Shown: positions 45,403 through 54,297 of the stretch, in pieces | Layout of the letters: every line of letters begins with the position of its first letter | Numbering within the stretch: the stretch's first letter is position 1 | Assembly: GCA_016292515.1 (NCBI GenBank) | Contig: JAEDIJ010000006.1 | Coordinates: forward strand, 295 to 64,294 | Direction: 5' to 3' | Length of the DNA stretch: 64,000 bases | From: Victivallaceae bacterium | GTDB lineage: Bacteria; Verrucomicrobiota; Lentisphaeria; Victivallales; Victivallaceae | Notes under the pieces: model-generated | Seen by the model: the letters and a program-made list of their open reading frames with translations, nothing else | The model's database searches: none | What the model was told of the DNA's origin: nothing | Position numbers and translations under genes: made by a program

Positions 45403-46197
45403 ATGATTATCATTGATATTGCAAAATGTACCGGTTGCTTCCAATGCGTTGACGACTGCATCGTCAAAGTGTTGCGGAGAGGGGAAAAACATCCCGTCAT
45501 CCCGAGAGAGAATGAAAAATTCTGCATTCATTGCCAACATTGCCTCGCCGTCTGTCCGGAGGGCGCAATTTCGGTTGACGGCGTGACGCCCGAAATGATC
45601 TCTCCCGCGGGGCAGGGGGCGACGCCCGAAGCGATGCTTTCGACGCTCCGCAACCGCCGGAGCATCCGTCAATTCAAAGCGCAGGAAGTCGATGACGCGA
45701 CGCTGGAAAAATTGACCGACGCGCTGCGTTATTCGCCGACGGGATGTAACGATCACCGTCTGAAATTTGCCGTCGTGAAAAGCCGCGCCGAAATGGATGC
45801 GTTTCGCGCGATCAACCGCAAACAGTTGAATTTTCTGATCAAAAGCGGACTCTTGAAAATCTTTTATCCTCGAATCAGCCGCTATCTTGATGATCTCGAT
45901 CACGATCTCGTCTTTCGCGGCGCGCCGCATATGATCGTCGCGTTGACTCCGAAAAACGCGCCTTGCGCCGCCGTCGATCCCGTCATTGCGCTGGAAGAGT
46001 TTGAACTCTACGCGCAGACGTTCGGTATCGGCTGTTGCTGGTGCGGTTTTGCCGTTTACGCGATCAATTGCAGCCGGGCGATGAAAAAACTTCTCGCCAT
46101 TCCCCGCGGATACCGCGTCGGCTACGCGCTCCTTTTCGGCTACCCCGCCGTCACCTATCATCGCAGTACGTTGCCGGAAAAAGCGGAGATCCTGTAA
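45403..46197 (+). CDS. ferredoxin-domain / nitroreductase-family fusion protein
   Basis: N-terminal 2x[4Fe-4S] motifs CTGCFQCVDDC and CIHCQHCLAVCP. C-terminal nitroreductase motif RRSIRQF. Confidence 0.78.
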   Translation: MIIIDIAKCTGCFQCVDDCIVKVLRRGEKHPVIPRENEKFCIHCQHCLAVCPEGAISVDGVTPEMISPAGQGATPEAMLSTLRNRRSIRQFKAQEVDDATLEKLTDALRYSPTGCNDHRLKFAVVKSRAEMDAFRAINRKQLNFLIKSGLLKIFYPRISRYLDDLDHDLVFRGAPHMIVALTPKNAPCAAVDPVIALEEFELYAQTFGIGCCWCGFAVYAINCSRAMKKLLAIPRGYRVGYALLFGYPAVTYHRSTLPEKAEIL

Positions 46198-46224
46198 AAA
46201 AGGGGAAAACGCCAGTCAAACTCT

Positions 46225-46714
46225 CACGCCGGCGGGCGCGAAAGAAGCGTGACCAATAGGGAATTGTGGGACAATCACCTCTCATCACTGTTGTAAAGGG
46301 AGTTTTGTTGAGAAAAATAGGGAGGTGAGCGGAAATACCCAACGCACAAGGTGCAAGGAGGGGACAGCCGTTTATTTACGGCTTTCCCCTCCTTAACCAC
46401 CCCTTTCCCCGTGCGACTGCAATCGTGGCGGATGTGGATGTTCCCCTTTTTTACTCCCATACGCCTGCGCTTCGTCGTCGCTTTACAAACCGTGCCGTCG
46501 CTTTGCTCCTGCTCGATTTGCCGCTCCTTCTCGCTCGCGGCTACCGTGCTCGTCTACGGTCGCTTGCGCAAACAACTGTTTGCGTATTTCCGCATTGCAC
46601 GCAATGCGTAAAATCGCTCCCATCCGACTGCGCGCTCGTCGGCTACCGACTCGCATCCGACGGCAATCAAAACGTATGCGGTTTTTCTCTCATCTCTCAT
46701 CTCTCATAACTGAG
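46225..46714. repeat. mosaic intergenic repeat cluster, copy D
   Basis: 46225-46275 matches the reverse complement of 35983-36052 except for an internal deletion, including the exact 17-mer GGGAATTGTGGGACAAT. 40-nt hairpin at 46355-46394. TCTCATC x3 words. 23-nt exact match of 46692-46714 to the reverse complement of 60764-60786. Confidence 0.65.
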
Positions 46715-46750
46715 CCAACGGCGGGGAGCGCGTCAGCGCGAAAAGCAAAG

Positions 46751-46790
46751 AGGCTGAAAACTGATTTTCAATCAAGATTTCAGCCTTTTT
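46751..46790. terminator. bidirectional terminator-like hairpin downstream of tRNA-Ser
   Basis: AGGCTGAAA...TTTCAGCCT stem flanked by an A-run on one side and a T-run on the other. Confidence 0.6.
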
Positions 46791-46832
46791 GCGACCAAGC
46801 GGGAATTCTGAACGCCCGCGTCCTCTCAAAAA

Positions 46833-46922
46833 TGGCGGAGAGAGAGGGATTTGAACCCTCGATACCCGTGAGGGTATAACGATTTTCGAGACCGTCGCCT
46901 TCGACCGCTCAGCCATCTCTCC
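46833..46922 (-). tRNA. tRNA-Ser (anticodon CGA)
   Basis: Cloverleaf folded by hand: acceptor GGAGAGA/TCTCTCC, anticodon loop CUCGAAA, long variable arm ATACCC-TCAC-GGGTAT, T-arm GAGGG-TTCAAAT-CCCTC, encoded CCA. Confidence 0.9.
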
Positions 46923-46937
46923 GCTGCGGTATTGTTT

Positions 46938-46966
46938 AATATAGCGCACGTTTGATGAAAAATCAA
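46938..46966 (-). promoter_or_regulatory. putative promoter of tRNA-Ser
   Basis: Minus strand TTGATT, 17-nt spacer, TATATT, ending about 15 nt before the tRNA 5' end. Confidence 0.45.
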
Positions 46967-47092
46967 ATCCGAAATGCGTCGGATTTTATGAAAAATCGGC
47001 TTGAAAAGCATAGCGGGCGATGCTACATTTATGCAAATCACAATTTATGCGCGCGTGTGCGCATAGGGTAATCGTCAGTTTAATCAGGTTGA

Positions 47093-48511
47093 ATGATGAA
47101 AGAGTTGGAATTTTACAATACGTTGGAGCATCGCCAGATGCCGTTTCGTTCGCTGGTGCCGGGCAAAGTCGGGATGTATACCTGCGGCCCGACGGTCTAT
47201 AATTTCGCGCATATCGGGAATTTCCGCGCTTATACGTTTGAAGATATTTTGCGCCGCACGCTGGAATACTTCGGTTTTGAGGTCAAACAGGTGATGAATT
47301 TGACCGACGTCGATGACAAGACGATCCGGGATTCGCGAAAAGCGGGGATCCCGTTGCGGGATTTCACGCGCAAGTACAAGGATGCGTTTTTCGAGGACAT
47401 CAAATTCCTCAACATCGAGCCTGCCGCGGTTTATCCGGCGGCGACCGAGCATATCCCGGAAATGATCGCGCTGATCCAGAAACTTTTTGACCGCGGTCTT
47501 GCCTATCAGGCGGAAGACAAGTCGGTTTATTTCGCGATCGACAAATTTCCGAACTACGGCAAACTTGCCCGCATCGACCGCGACAATCAGCGCGCGGGGG
47601 TGCGCATCAATACGGACGAATACGCCAAGGATTCAGTCGCCGATTTCGCTTTGTGGAAAGCGTGGGATGAAAACGACGGCGACGTCGTCTGGGATTCGCC
47701 GTGGGGCAAAGGGCGTCCGGGGTGGCATATCGAGTGCAGTGCGATGTCGAGCAAATATCTCGGCGAGGCATTCGATCTGCATACGGGCGGCATCGACAAT
47801 ATGTTTCCGCACCACGAGGACGAGATCGCGCAGAGCGAAGGCGCCAGCGGCAAAAAGTGGGTCAATTACTGGCTGCATTGCGAACACTTGATGGTCGGCG
47901 GCGAAAAGATGTCCAAAAGCCTCGGCAATTTCTACACGTTGCGCGATTTGAAAGCCAAGGGCTATACGGGGCGCGAGATCCGCTTCGTCCTGATCGGGGC
48001 GCATTACCGCAAAAAACTCAACTTCACCTTTGAAGCACTCGCACAGGCGAGGGAAACCTTGCAGAAGTTCGACGATCTCTTTGCCCGGCTGAAAAAGATC
48101 GATCTCGCGGGCGACGGCGCGGAAGTCCTGGACGTGATCGACCGTTCCGACGCGGCGTTTGCCGATGCGATGGCGGACGACCTCAACATCGCCGGCGCGC
48201 TCGCCGTGCTTCACGAATTGATGCGCAACGCCAACCGGCTTGCCGACGAGGGAAAACTTTCCCAAGCGGGTGCGGAAAAACTGCTCGACCTTTTCCGGAA
48301 ATTCGACAAGATCTGCGGATGCCTCGCCGTCGATGCGGCGCGTGCCGAAGAAAGTTTCCCGGAGGAGATCGTCGCGCTTGCGGAAGCGCGCGTCGCGGCG
48401 CGCAAGGCGAAAAATTTTGCCGAAAGCGACCGTTTGCGCGACGAGATCGGCAAACTCGGCTTTTCGATCAAAGATCTGCCGGGCAACACCTATCAGTTGA
48501 AAAAGCTTTAA
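47093..48511 (+). CDS. cysS: cysteine--tRNA ligase
   Basis: CGPTVYNFAHIGN (HIGH region), KMSKS and class-I architecture. Confidence 0.94.
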   Translation: MMKELEFYNTLEHRQMPFRSLVPGKVGMYTCGPTVYNFAHIGNFRAYTFEDILRRTLEYFGFEVKQVMNLTDVDDKTIRDSRKAGIPLRDFTRKYKDAFFEDIKFLNIEPAAVYPAATEHIPEMIALIQKLFDRGLAYQAEDKSVYFAIDKFPNYGKLARIDRDNQRAGVRINTDEYAKDSVADFALWKAWDENDGDVVWDSPWGKGRPGWHIECSAMSSKYLGEAFDLHTGGIDNMFPHHEDEIAQSEGASGKKWVNYWLHCEHLMVGGEKMSKSLGNFYTLRDLKAKGYTGREIRFVLIGAHYRKKLNFTFEALAQARETLQKFDDLFARLKKIDLAGDGAEVLDVIDRSDAAFADAMADDLNIAGALAVLHELMRNANRLADEGKLSQAGAEKLLDLFRKFDKICGCLAVDAARAEESFPEEIVALAEARVAARKAKNFAESDRLRDEIGKLGFSIKDLPGNTYQLKKL

Positions 48512-48532
48512 TCTCATACGGGAGAATCACTT

Positions 48533-49951
48533 ATGACGGAATCCAGTTGGAAAGAGCTGAATGTTTTCGCCCAGTATCTGCAAGGCGACAATCTCGCCGG
48601 CGCAAACGAGTGCGATGCGTGGCTTGCCGAGTGCGGCGACGACGTTTCGCTTGAAAGTTTTGCCCAGATCGCCCTCAATCACCTCGCCGAGGGTCGCAGT
48701 GAAGATGAAGTGCAACTTCTGGTCGACCGCATCCAGGAATTGATCAATGCGTCCGTGAATCAGGCGGCGGCGCCGGAAGCGGCGGGGCAGGTGGTTTCCG
48801 GCGGTTACGAGAATTTGCCGAGTCTCAGCGATACGGCGACTTTGGACGATGCCGCCGTGGCGGAAAGAATGCGGCTGATGCTCCGCAGTCTGCGCGCGAT
48901 GGGGTGCAGTGATTTTCACCTCAACGCGGGTGCGCCGCCCTTTGTGCGCCGCAATCTGGAAGTGGAGCGCATCGACTCCTATATTTTGACAAGTGAAGAC
49001 GCGAAACGGCTCAATTTCGCGTTGTTGAGCGAAGCGCAGAAAGCGGAATTTTCGCGTCAGCAGGATCTCGGCTGTGCGATCGAGATCGGGAGCGAACGCT
49101 TCCGCGTGGCGTTGATGGATACCAAAAACGGCATCTGCGGCAGTTATCGTTTGATCGTGGAGTCGATCAAATCGTTGGAGGAACTCGGCTTTCTGCCGGA
49201 AGACGCGACGCATATCCGCCGTCTGCTCGATTACAACAACGGGCTGATCCTCGTTACGGGGCCGATCGGCTCCGGCAAAACGACGACGCTCGCGCGGTTG
49301 ACCGATCTCATCAACGCGAAACGCCGCGATCACATCATTTCGATCGAGGAACCGATCGAGATCGTCCATCCGTCGAAAAATTGTCAGGTCACCCAGCGGC
49401 AGGTGGGGATCCATACCGAGAGTTATTCGCGCGCGCTCAAAGCCGCGCTCCGCGAAGACCCCGATATCATCATCATCGGCGAAATGCGCGACCTGGAAAC
49501 GATCGAAAACGCGATCACCGCTTCCGAAACGGGGCACTTGGTGATCGGCACGCTGCACACGAGCGACGCCGCCAATACGATGAACCGCGTCCTCGACGTT
49601 TTTCCGCCCAATCAGCAACCGCAGATCCGCGCGATGACGTCGGTAAGTCTGCGCGGCATCATCTGTCAGAAACTGATCCCCAACGGGATGGGCGGCGTGG
49701 AAATGATCTACGAAGTATTGCTCAATTCGATGGCGGTTTCCAATCTGATCAGCGAGGGCAAGACATTCCAGTTGAAATCGACGATGGCGGTCGCCCGCAA
49801 GCAGGGAATGTGCACGTTTGACCAGTGCCTGCTGGAAAAATTCGCGCTTGGACTTCTGACGCGGGAGGCGGCGCTTCCTTATATGAGCGACCCCGCCAAC
49901 ATCGAGCAGCTCAATCGCCAGTGGGCGATCGCGCAGGGACGGAAACACTAA
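48533..49951 (+). CDS. PilT/PilU-family type IV pilus retraction ATPase with an N-terminal extension of about 110 aa
   Basis: Walker A GPIGSGKTTT, Asp box IISIEEPIE, Walker B DIIIIGEMRD and His box TGHLVIGTLHT. The first 110 residues or so have no counterpart in the adjacent pilT. Confidence 0.85.
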   Translation: MTESSWKELNVFAQYLQGDNLAGANECDAWLAECGDDVSLESFAQIALNHLAEGRSEDEVQLLVDRIQELINASVNQAAAPEAAGQVVSGGYENLPSLSDTATLDDAAVAERMRLMLRSLRAMGCSDFHLNAGAPPFVRRNLEVERIDSYILTSEDAKRLNFALLSEAQKAEFSRQQDLGCAIEIGSERFRVALMDTKNGICGSYRLIVESIKSLEELGFLPEDATHIRRLLDYNNGLILVTGPIGSGKTTTLARLTDLINAKRRDHIISIEEPIEIVHPSKNCQVTQRQVGIHTESYSRALKAALREDPDIIIIGEMRDLETIENAITASETGHLVIGTLHTSDAANTMNRVLDVFPPNQQPQIRAMTSVSLRGIICQKLIPNGMGGVEMIYEVLLNSMAVSNLISEGKTFQLKSTMAVARKQGMCTFDQCLLEKFALGLLTREAALPYMSDPANIEQLNRQWAIAQGRKH

Positions 49952-49972
49952 CTTTTACGAAAGCGTACTACT

Positions 49973-51073
49973 ATGGCACAAGAACCCAAAATCAACGCCT
50001 ACTTGCGGCAGATGCTGTCGCTCGGCGGTTCCGACTTGCACCTCTCGATCGACTACCCCGCCAAAGCGCGGATCCACGGCGTTTTGCAACCGCTGGACGA
50101 CGTGGTGCTGACGGAAGAATCCATCCGCGAAATGATGCAGGAGATCTGTCTTCCCGAGCATCGGTGGAGCACGTTCCTTGAAAAACACGACCTGGACTTC
50201 GCTCACGAAATTCCGGACTTGGCGCGTTTCCGCTGCAACTATTTCTACAACTATCACGGTATGGGGTGCGTGTTGCGGCAGATCCCCAGCCGCATTATGA
50301 CGATCGACGAACTGCATCTGCCGCAGGTCTTGAAAGAGATCTGCGAGATCAAGAGCGGTCTCGTGCTGGTCACGGGCCCCACGGGCAGCGGCAAATCGAC
50401 GACGCTCGCCGCGATGATCAACTACATCAATACGCACCACAGCCGCAACATCATCACGGTCGAAGACCCGATCGAATTCGTGCATCAGAATGAATACAGC
50501 ACGATCGTTCACCGCGAAGTGGGCATCCACAGTCCCTGTTTTCCGCAGGCGTTGCGCGGCGTGATGAGATCCGATCCCGATATCGTTCTGATCGGCGAAA
50601 TGCGCGACAACGAAACGATCCGCCTCGGATTGACCTGCGCGACGATGGGGATGCTGGTTTTTGCCACGCTTCACACCAACAACGCGCCCAAGACGATCGA
50701 CCGCGTGATCGACGCATTCCCCGCCGATGAGCAGTCGCAGATCAGGACGATGCTCGCGGAGTGCTTGCGGGGTGTCGTTTCGCAGTTGCTCTGCCGCACG
50801 CGCGACGGAGGGCGGGTCGCGGTCCACGAAGTGTTGCTCTGGTCGGATGCGTTGCCCAATACGATCCGCACCGGGCAGATATCCGGCATCCGCACGATCA
50901 TCGACGCGGGCGCGGGGCGCGGGATGTGCTCGATGGACAATTCGATCGCCGAACAGTATGAAAACGGCGTCATCTCGGCGGAAGAAGCCTATATGAAAGC
51001 CAACGACAAGCAACGTTTCCTCGGCGCGATGCAGCAGGAGGAAAAAGCGCGTCTCGCGGCAAACGGGAAGTGA
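49973..51073 (+). CDS. pilT: type IV pilus twitching motility ATPase PilT
   Basis: SDLHL, GPTGSGKSTT, IITVEDPIEF, IVLIGEMRD and TLHTNNAP. Canonical length of 366 aa. Confidence 0.88.
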   Translation: MAQEPKINAYLRQMLSLGGSDLHLSIDYPAKARIHGVLQPLDDVVLTEESIREMMQEICLPEHRWSTFLEKHDLDFAHEIPDLARFRCNYFYNYHGMGCVLRQIPSRIMTIDELHLPQVLKEICEIKSGLVLVTGPTGSGKSTTLAAMINYINTHHSRNIITVEDPIEFVHQNEYSTIVHREVGIHSPCFPQALRGVMRSDPDIVLIGEMRDNETIRLGLTCATMGMLVFATLHTNNAPKTIDRVIDAFPADEQSQIRTMLAECLRGVVSQLLCRTRDGGRVAVHEVLLWSDALPNTIRTGQISGIRTIIDAGAGRGMCSMDNSIAEQYENGVISAEEAYMKANDKQRFLGAMQQEEKARLAANGK

Positions 51074-51086
51074 GCGATTTTGTCCG

Positions 51087-51956
51087 ATGCTGGATGAATT
51101 GAAGATCGTCCGTCAGTTAGGGGCGGTTTTTCCCGGCGGAAGCGATGTTTTGACGGGGATCGGCGACGATTGCGCCGCCGTGCGCGCTCCGGCAAATCCT
51201 TTGCTTGTCGCCGCCGATCAGGTGATCGAAAGGATCCACTTTACGCCGGAAACGCCTCCGGAAAAAGCTGGTGCGAAACTCCTTTTGCGCAATGTCAGCG
51301 ACATCGCGGCGATGGGGGGCACTCCGCGCTGGGCGATTTTGACGCTCGCCGTCAACGGCCGCGACGAAAAGTATATCATGGATTTCTGCCGCGGCGTCGC
51401 GGAAGCGGGGAGCCGTTACGGCGTCACGGTGATCGGCGGCGATACCGCGAGTCTGCCGTCGGCAGGTGTCGCGGCGACATTGACGATTTTGGGCGAAGCG
51501 CCATCCGGCGGAGCCATAACGCGTGACGGCGCCCGCGTCGGGGATTATCTTTATGTAACGGGCAAGATCGGAAACTCTTTTCTTTCCGGCAGACATCTCG
51601 ATATTGAGCCGCGCTTGAAAGAGGGACAATATCTCGCACAAAGACATCTTGCGTCGGCGATGCTGGATGTGAGCGACGGTCTCTTGCTCGATGCGGCGCG
51701 GCTGGCGGCGGCATCGCACGTCGCCTTGCAGATCGAGCCGGAAAAAGTTCCGCTTTTTCCCGGCGCGCGCGCACCCGAAGCGTGGAGCGAGGGGGAGGAT
51801 TACGAATTGATTTTTACCTCTCCGGAAAAACTGGAAACGCTCGGGAAAACGCTCGTTCCGATCTGCTGTTGGGGCAGATGTGTCGCCGGAGACGGCGAAC
51901 TTCTGGATAAAACAGGAAAACCTTTTCAAAGTGAAAGATTAGGATATGAACATTGA
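51087..51956 (+). CDS. thiL: thiamine-monophosphate kinase
   Basis: GIGDDCAAV, HF, NVSDIAAMGG and GGDT motifs of the PurM-like ThiL family. Confidence 0.88.
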   Translation: MLDELKIVRQLGAVFPGGSDVLTGIGDDCAAVRAPANPLLVAADQVIERIHFTPETPPEKAGAKLLLRNVSDIAAMGGTPRWAILTLAVNGRDEKYIMDFCRGVAEAGSRYGVTVIGGDTASLPSAGVAATLTILGEAPSGGAITRDGARVGDYLYVTGKIGNSFLSGRHLDIEPRLKEGQYLAQRHLASAMLDVSDGLLLDAARLAAASHVALQIEPEKVPLFPGARAPEAWSEGEDYELIFTSPEKLETLGKTLVPICCWGRCVAGDGELLDKTGKPFQSERLGYEH

Positions 51957-52377
51957 AAAAACTTTAATTTCCCGTTCGGAAGCGGAAACGGAAACCCTCG
52001 GTGCCGAAATCGCCGCAAGTCTGCCGCGCGGCAGCGTGGTGCTGTTGCGCGGAAATCTCGGTGCGGGCAAGACCGTTTTCGCCCGTGGATTCGCCCGCGG
52101 ACTCGGCATCGACGAGGCGGTTTCCAGCCCCACTTACACGATCGTCCAGGAGTATGAACTTGACGGCGGCGGCAGACTTTATCATCTGGATCTCTACCGC
52201 ATCAGCGGTGTCGCCGCCGCGCTGGATTTCGGCATCGACGAATTTTTGAGCGAAAAAAAATCGATCTCGCTGATCGAGTGGCCGGAAAGGATCGAGTCGC
52301 TTCTGCCGGAAAACGCCGTGACCATCGAGATCATTCATCGCGGTGAAACGGAAAGGGAAATCCATGTCCGACGCTGA
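51946..52377 (+). CDS. tsaE: tRNA t6A biosynthesis ATPase TsaE
   Basis: GNLGAGKTVFARGFARGLGI and VSSPTYTIVQEY...LYHLDLYR. 11-nt overlap with thiL. Confidence 0.87.
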   Translation: MNIEKTLISRSEAETETLGAEIAASLPRGSVVLLRGNLGAGKTVFARGFARGLGIDEAVSSPTYTIVQEYELDGGGRLYHLDLYRISGVAAALDFGIDEFLSEKKSISLIEWPERIESLLPENAVTIEIIHRGETEREIHVRR

Positions 52378-53074
52378 AAATCCGATCATCGAGCCGTTGC
52401 CGCGGATGACGGCGGCAAAAATCATTTTGGCGTGGGGATTTTTTCTGTTTTTCTTCCCTTGTGCGGTGCGTTTTATCAAACAGTCGTTCGGTGTCGTGAT
52501 AAAAGAAAACGCGCTCTTGGCATTCGCTTTGGAACTCTTTTTTCCCGTATTTTGTACGTTGGCGATCATTGTTTTCGCTTTTCGCAAGGCTGACTGCCGT
52601 TTCGGTTTCCGGAAGGTGCATATCGGCGGTCTCCTGGCAATTGGCATCGGGTGGTTCTTTTCGATCTACGGCAACTTGCTCATCACTATGAATTGGGAAT
52701 GCTTGTTGAGGCGTCTGCAATGGGACTTTGCCGCCCGGCAGGATATTTTGATCCTCGCGCAAAAGAGTTCCGAAAAAGCTTTTTTGCTTCTCTTTTTTTA
52801 CACTTGCGTCATCATTCCGCTGATCGAGGAGATCGTTTTCCGCCGCGCACTTTATTCTTTGCTGTTGCCGCTCGGAAAGGTGGCGGCGGTGATTTTCTGC
52901 GCGGCGATTTTCAGCGCAATGCACTTTTTCCTTTTGGGCGCGCCGGGACTTTTCTTTTTCGGCATCGTCCTGCAATGTTTGCTGTTGCTGACCAAAAATT
53001 TATGGGTTCCCGTTTCCGTGCACGGTTTATTCAATATGACGGCGATGCTGGTCACGCACTTTCTGGTGGAATAA
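52364..53074 (+). CDS. CPBP-family intramembrane glutamic endopeptidase (CAAX protease-like)
   Basis: EEIVFRRALY (EExxxR), FSAMHF and later His motifs. Polytopic. Start at ATG 52364, overlapping tsaE by 14 nt. Confidence 0.8.
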   Translation: MSDAENPIIEPLPRMTAAKIILAWGFFLFFFPCAVRFIKQSFGVVIKENALLAFALELFFPVFCTLAIIVFAFRKADCRFGFRKVHIGGLLAIGIGWFFSIYGNLLITMNWECLLRRLQWDFAARQDILILAQKSSEKAFLLLFFYTCVIIPLIEEIVFRRALYSLLLPLGKVAAVIFCAAIFSAMHFFLLGAPGLFFFGIVLQCLLLLTKNLWVPVSVHGLFNMTAMLVTHFLVE

Positions 53075-53087
53075 AACGCCGTTTTCG

Positions 53088-54284
53088 CTATTTTTTGCGG
53101 TATAACTTCTTGCCGCCGGTAATGGGGCAGTTGTGCCGCTTATAAGCGGGGATATCGAGATTTTCGTTGTCCCACACCACGGGGATCGTCCCTTCCATCA
53201 CGCCTTTCTGGTTGTCGTCAAAGTCGAAAACCCCCTGTACGGTGTCCGAAGAAGAGGCTTTTTTGGCGTTTTTGCGCGGCCGCGACGCGGCGGCTCCGTC
53301 CAGAAGTTCACGTTCCTTTTCGCGGGTGTCGTATTTGACCGCCAGCGCGGTGATCTGAAAAGTGCCGCGCCACGCTTCTGTCGTCGCCGCTCCGGTGAAA
53401 ATTTCTCCGTTGGCGGGGGTGTATTTGACCGCGAGTTCCATTGCGGTTTTGGCTTCTTTGAGCGAGAGTTCGGGACCGCCGAGGACGGAAAAAATGACGG
53501 CGTCCGCCTGTACGAGTTGATCCGAGCCGCCCAGCATCGGGCTCTGCAAAAGATTTTCCACGGCGCGGTTTACGCGGTCGTCGTTGTTTTCACTTGCCGC
53601 GTTGACGACGCCGACGCCGATCGCGCAGTGGCTGTGTCCCTGCTGCAAAAGCCGGACGATATCGCTGAAAGAACTGCTGAAAAGATTTCCCGCGGTCAGA
53701 ATGGTCGTCAGCGCAAGCACGGTACGCGACATTTCCCGGTCGGCGAGTTGAAACGCTTCCGCGAGCGGTGTTTTTTCGTCCAGCGAAGCAAAGAGCAGAT
53801 CGTTGGGCAGCGGCGCGACCGCATCGGCGGCACCGTAAATGCTCTCGTTGAGTGCTTTTTCCGCTTGCGCGGTGCGGCGGGGACCTTCCATCACAAACGG
53901 CAGAGAGAGAATGCAGAGCGTCGGCAAATGCAGTTTGGCGGCTTCGCTCAACACGACGGGAATGCCGCCGGAAGCCGTGCCGCCGCCGAGACCGCCGACG
54001 ATGACGACCATTGAGCCGGCATTCAGCAATGCGGATATCGCCGGACGTTCGTGGGCGATCGCACGCTGTCCGTCGAGGACATTTCCGCCGCACCCGCGTC
54101 CGTTGCGCCAGGATTCCGCGGCGAGAAGCACGTTTCCGTCGGGAAGTCCCGTTTCGCGAAGCGATTTGCGGTCGGTATCAATGGCGATCGGCAGAATGTC
54201 GCGTTTTTCCGGCATTTCGCGCATCTGCGCGAGGATCCGGCAACCGGCGCCGCCGACGGCGAGAACAATAATCGGTTTTTCCAT
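53088..54284 (-). CDS. ftsZ: cell division GTPase FtsZ (divergent)
   Basis: VLAVGGAGCRIL, the tubulin signature variant GGLGGGTASGG, LSLPFVMEGPRR (compare PFxFEGxxR), and a C-terminal LDIPAYKR FtsA-binding-like peptide. Directly downstream of ftsA. Confidence 0.82.
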   Translation of the reverse strand: MEKPIIVLAVGGAGCRILAQMREMPEKRDILPIAIDTDRKSLRETGLPDGNVLLAAESWRNGRGCGGNVLDGQRAIAHERPAISALLNAGSMVVIVGGLGGGTASGGIPVVLSEAAKLHLPTLCILSLPFVMEGPRRTAQAEKALNESIYGAADAVAPLPNDLLFASLDEKTPLAEAFQLADREMSRTVLALTTILTAGNLFSSSFSDIVRLLQQGHSHCAIGVGVVNAASENNDDRVNRAVENLLQSPMLGGSDQLVQADAVIFSVLGGPELSLKEAKTAMELAVKYTPANGEIFTGAATTEAWRGTFQITALAVKYDTREKERELLDGAAASRPRKNAKKASSSDTVQGVFDFDDNQKGVMEGTIPVVWDNENLDIPAYKRHNCPITGGKKLYRKK

Positions 54285-54297
54285 AATACGCTACCTG

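Noticed and set aside
47046-47065. Palindrome ATGCGC-GCGTGT-GCGCAT upstream of cysS as a T-box or other leader element
   Set aside because: It is too short. There is no specifier loop or T-box consensus, and it lies only about 30 nt from the start codon. It is probably an incidental hairpin or part of the promoter region.
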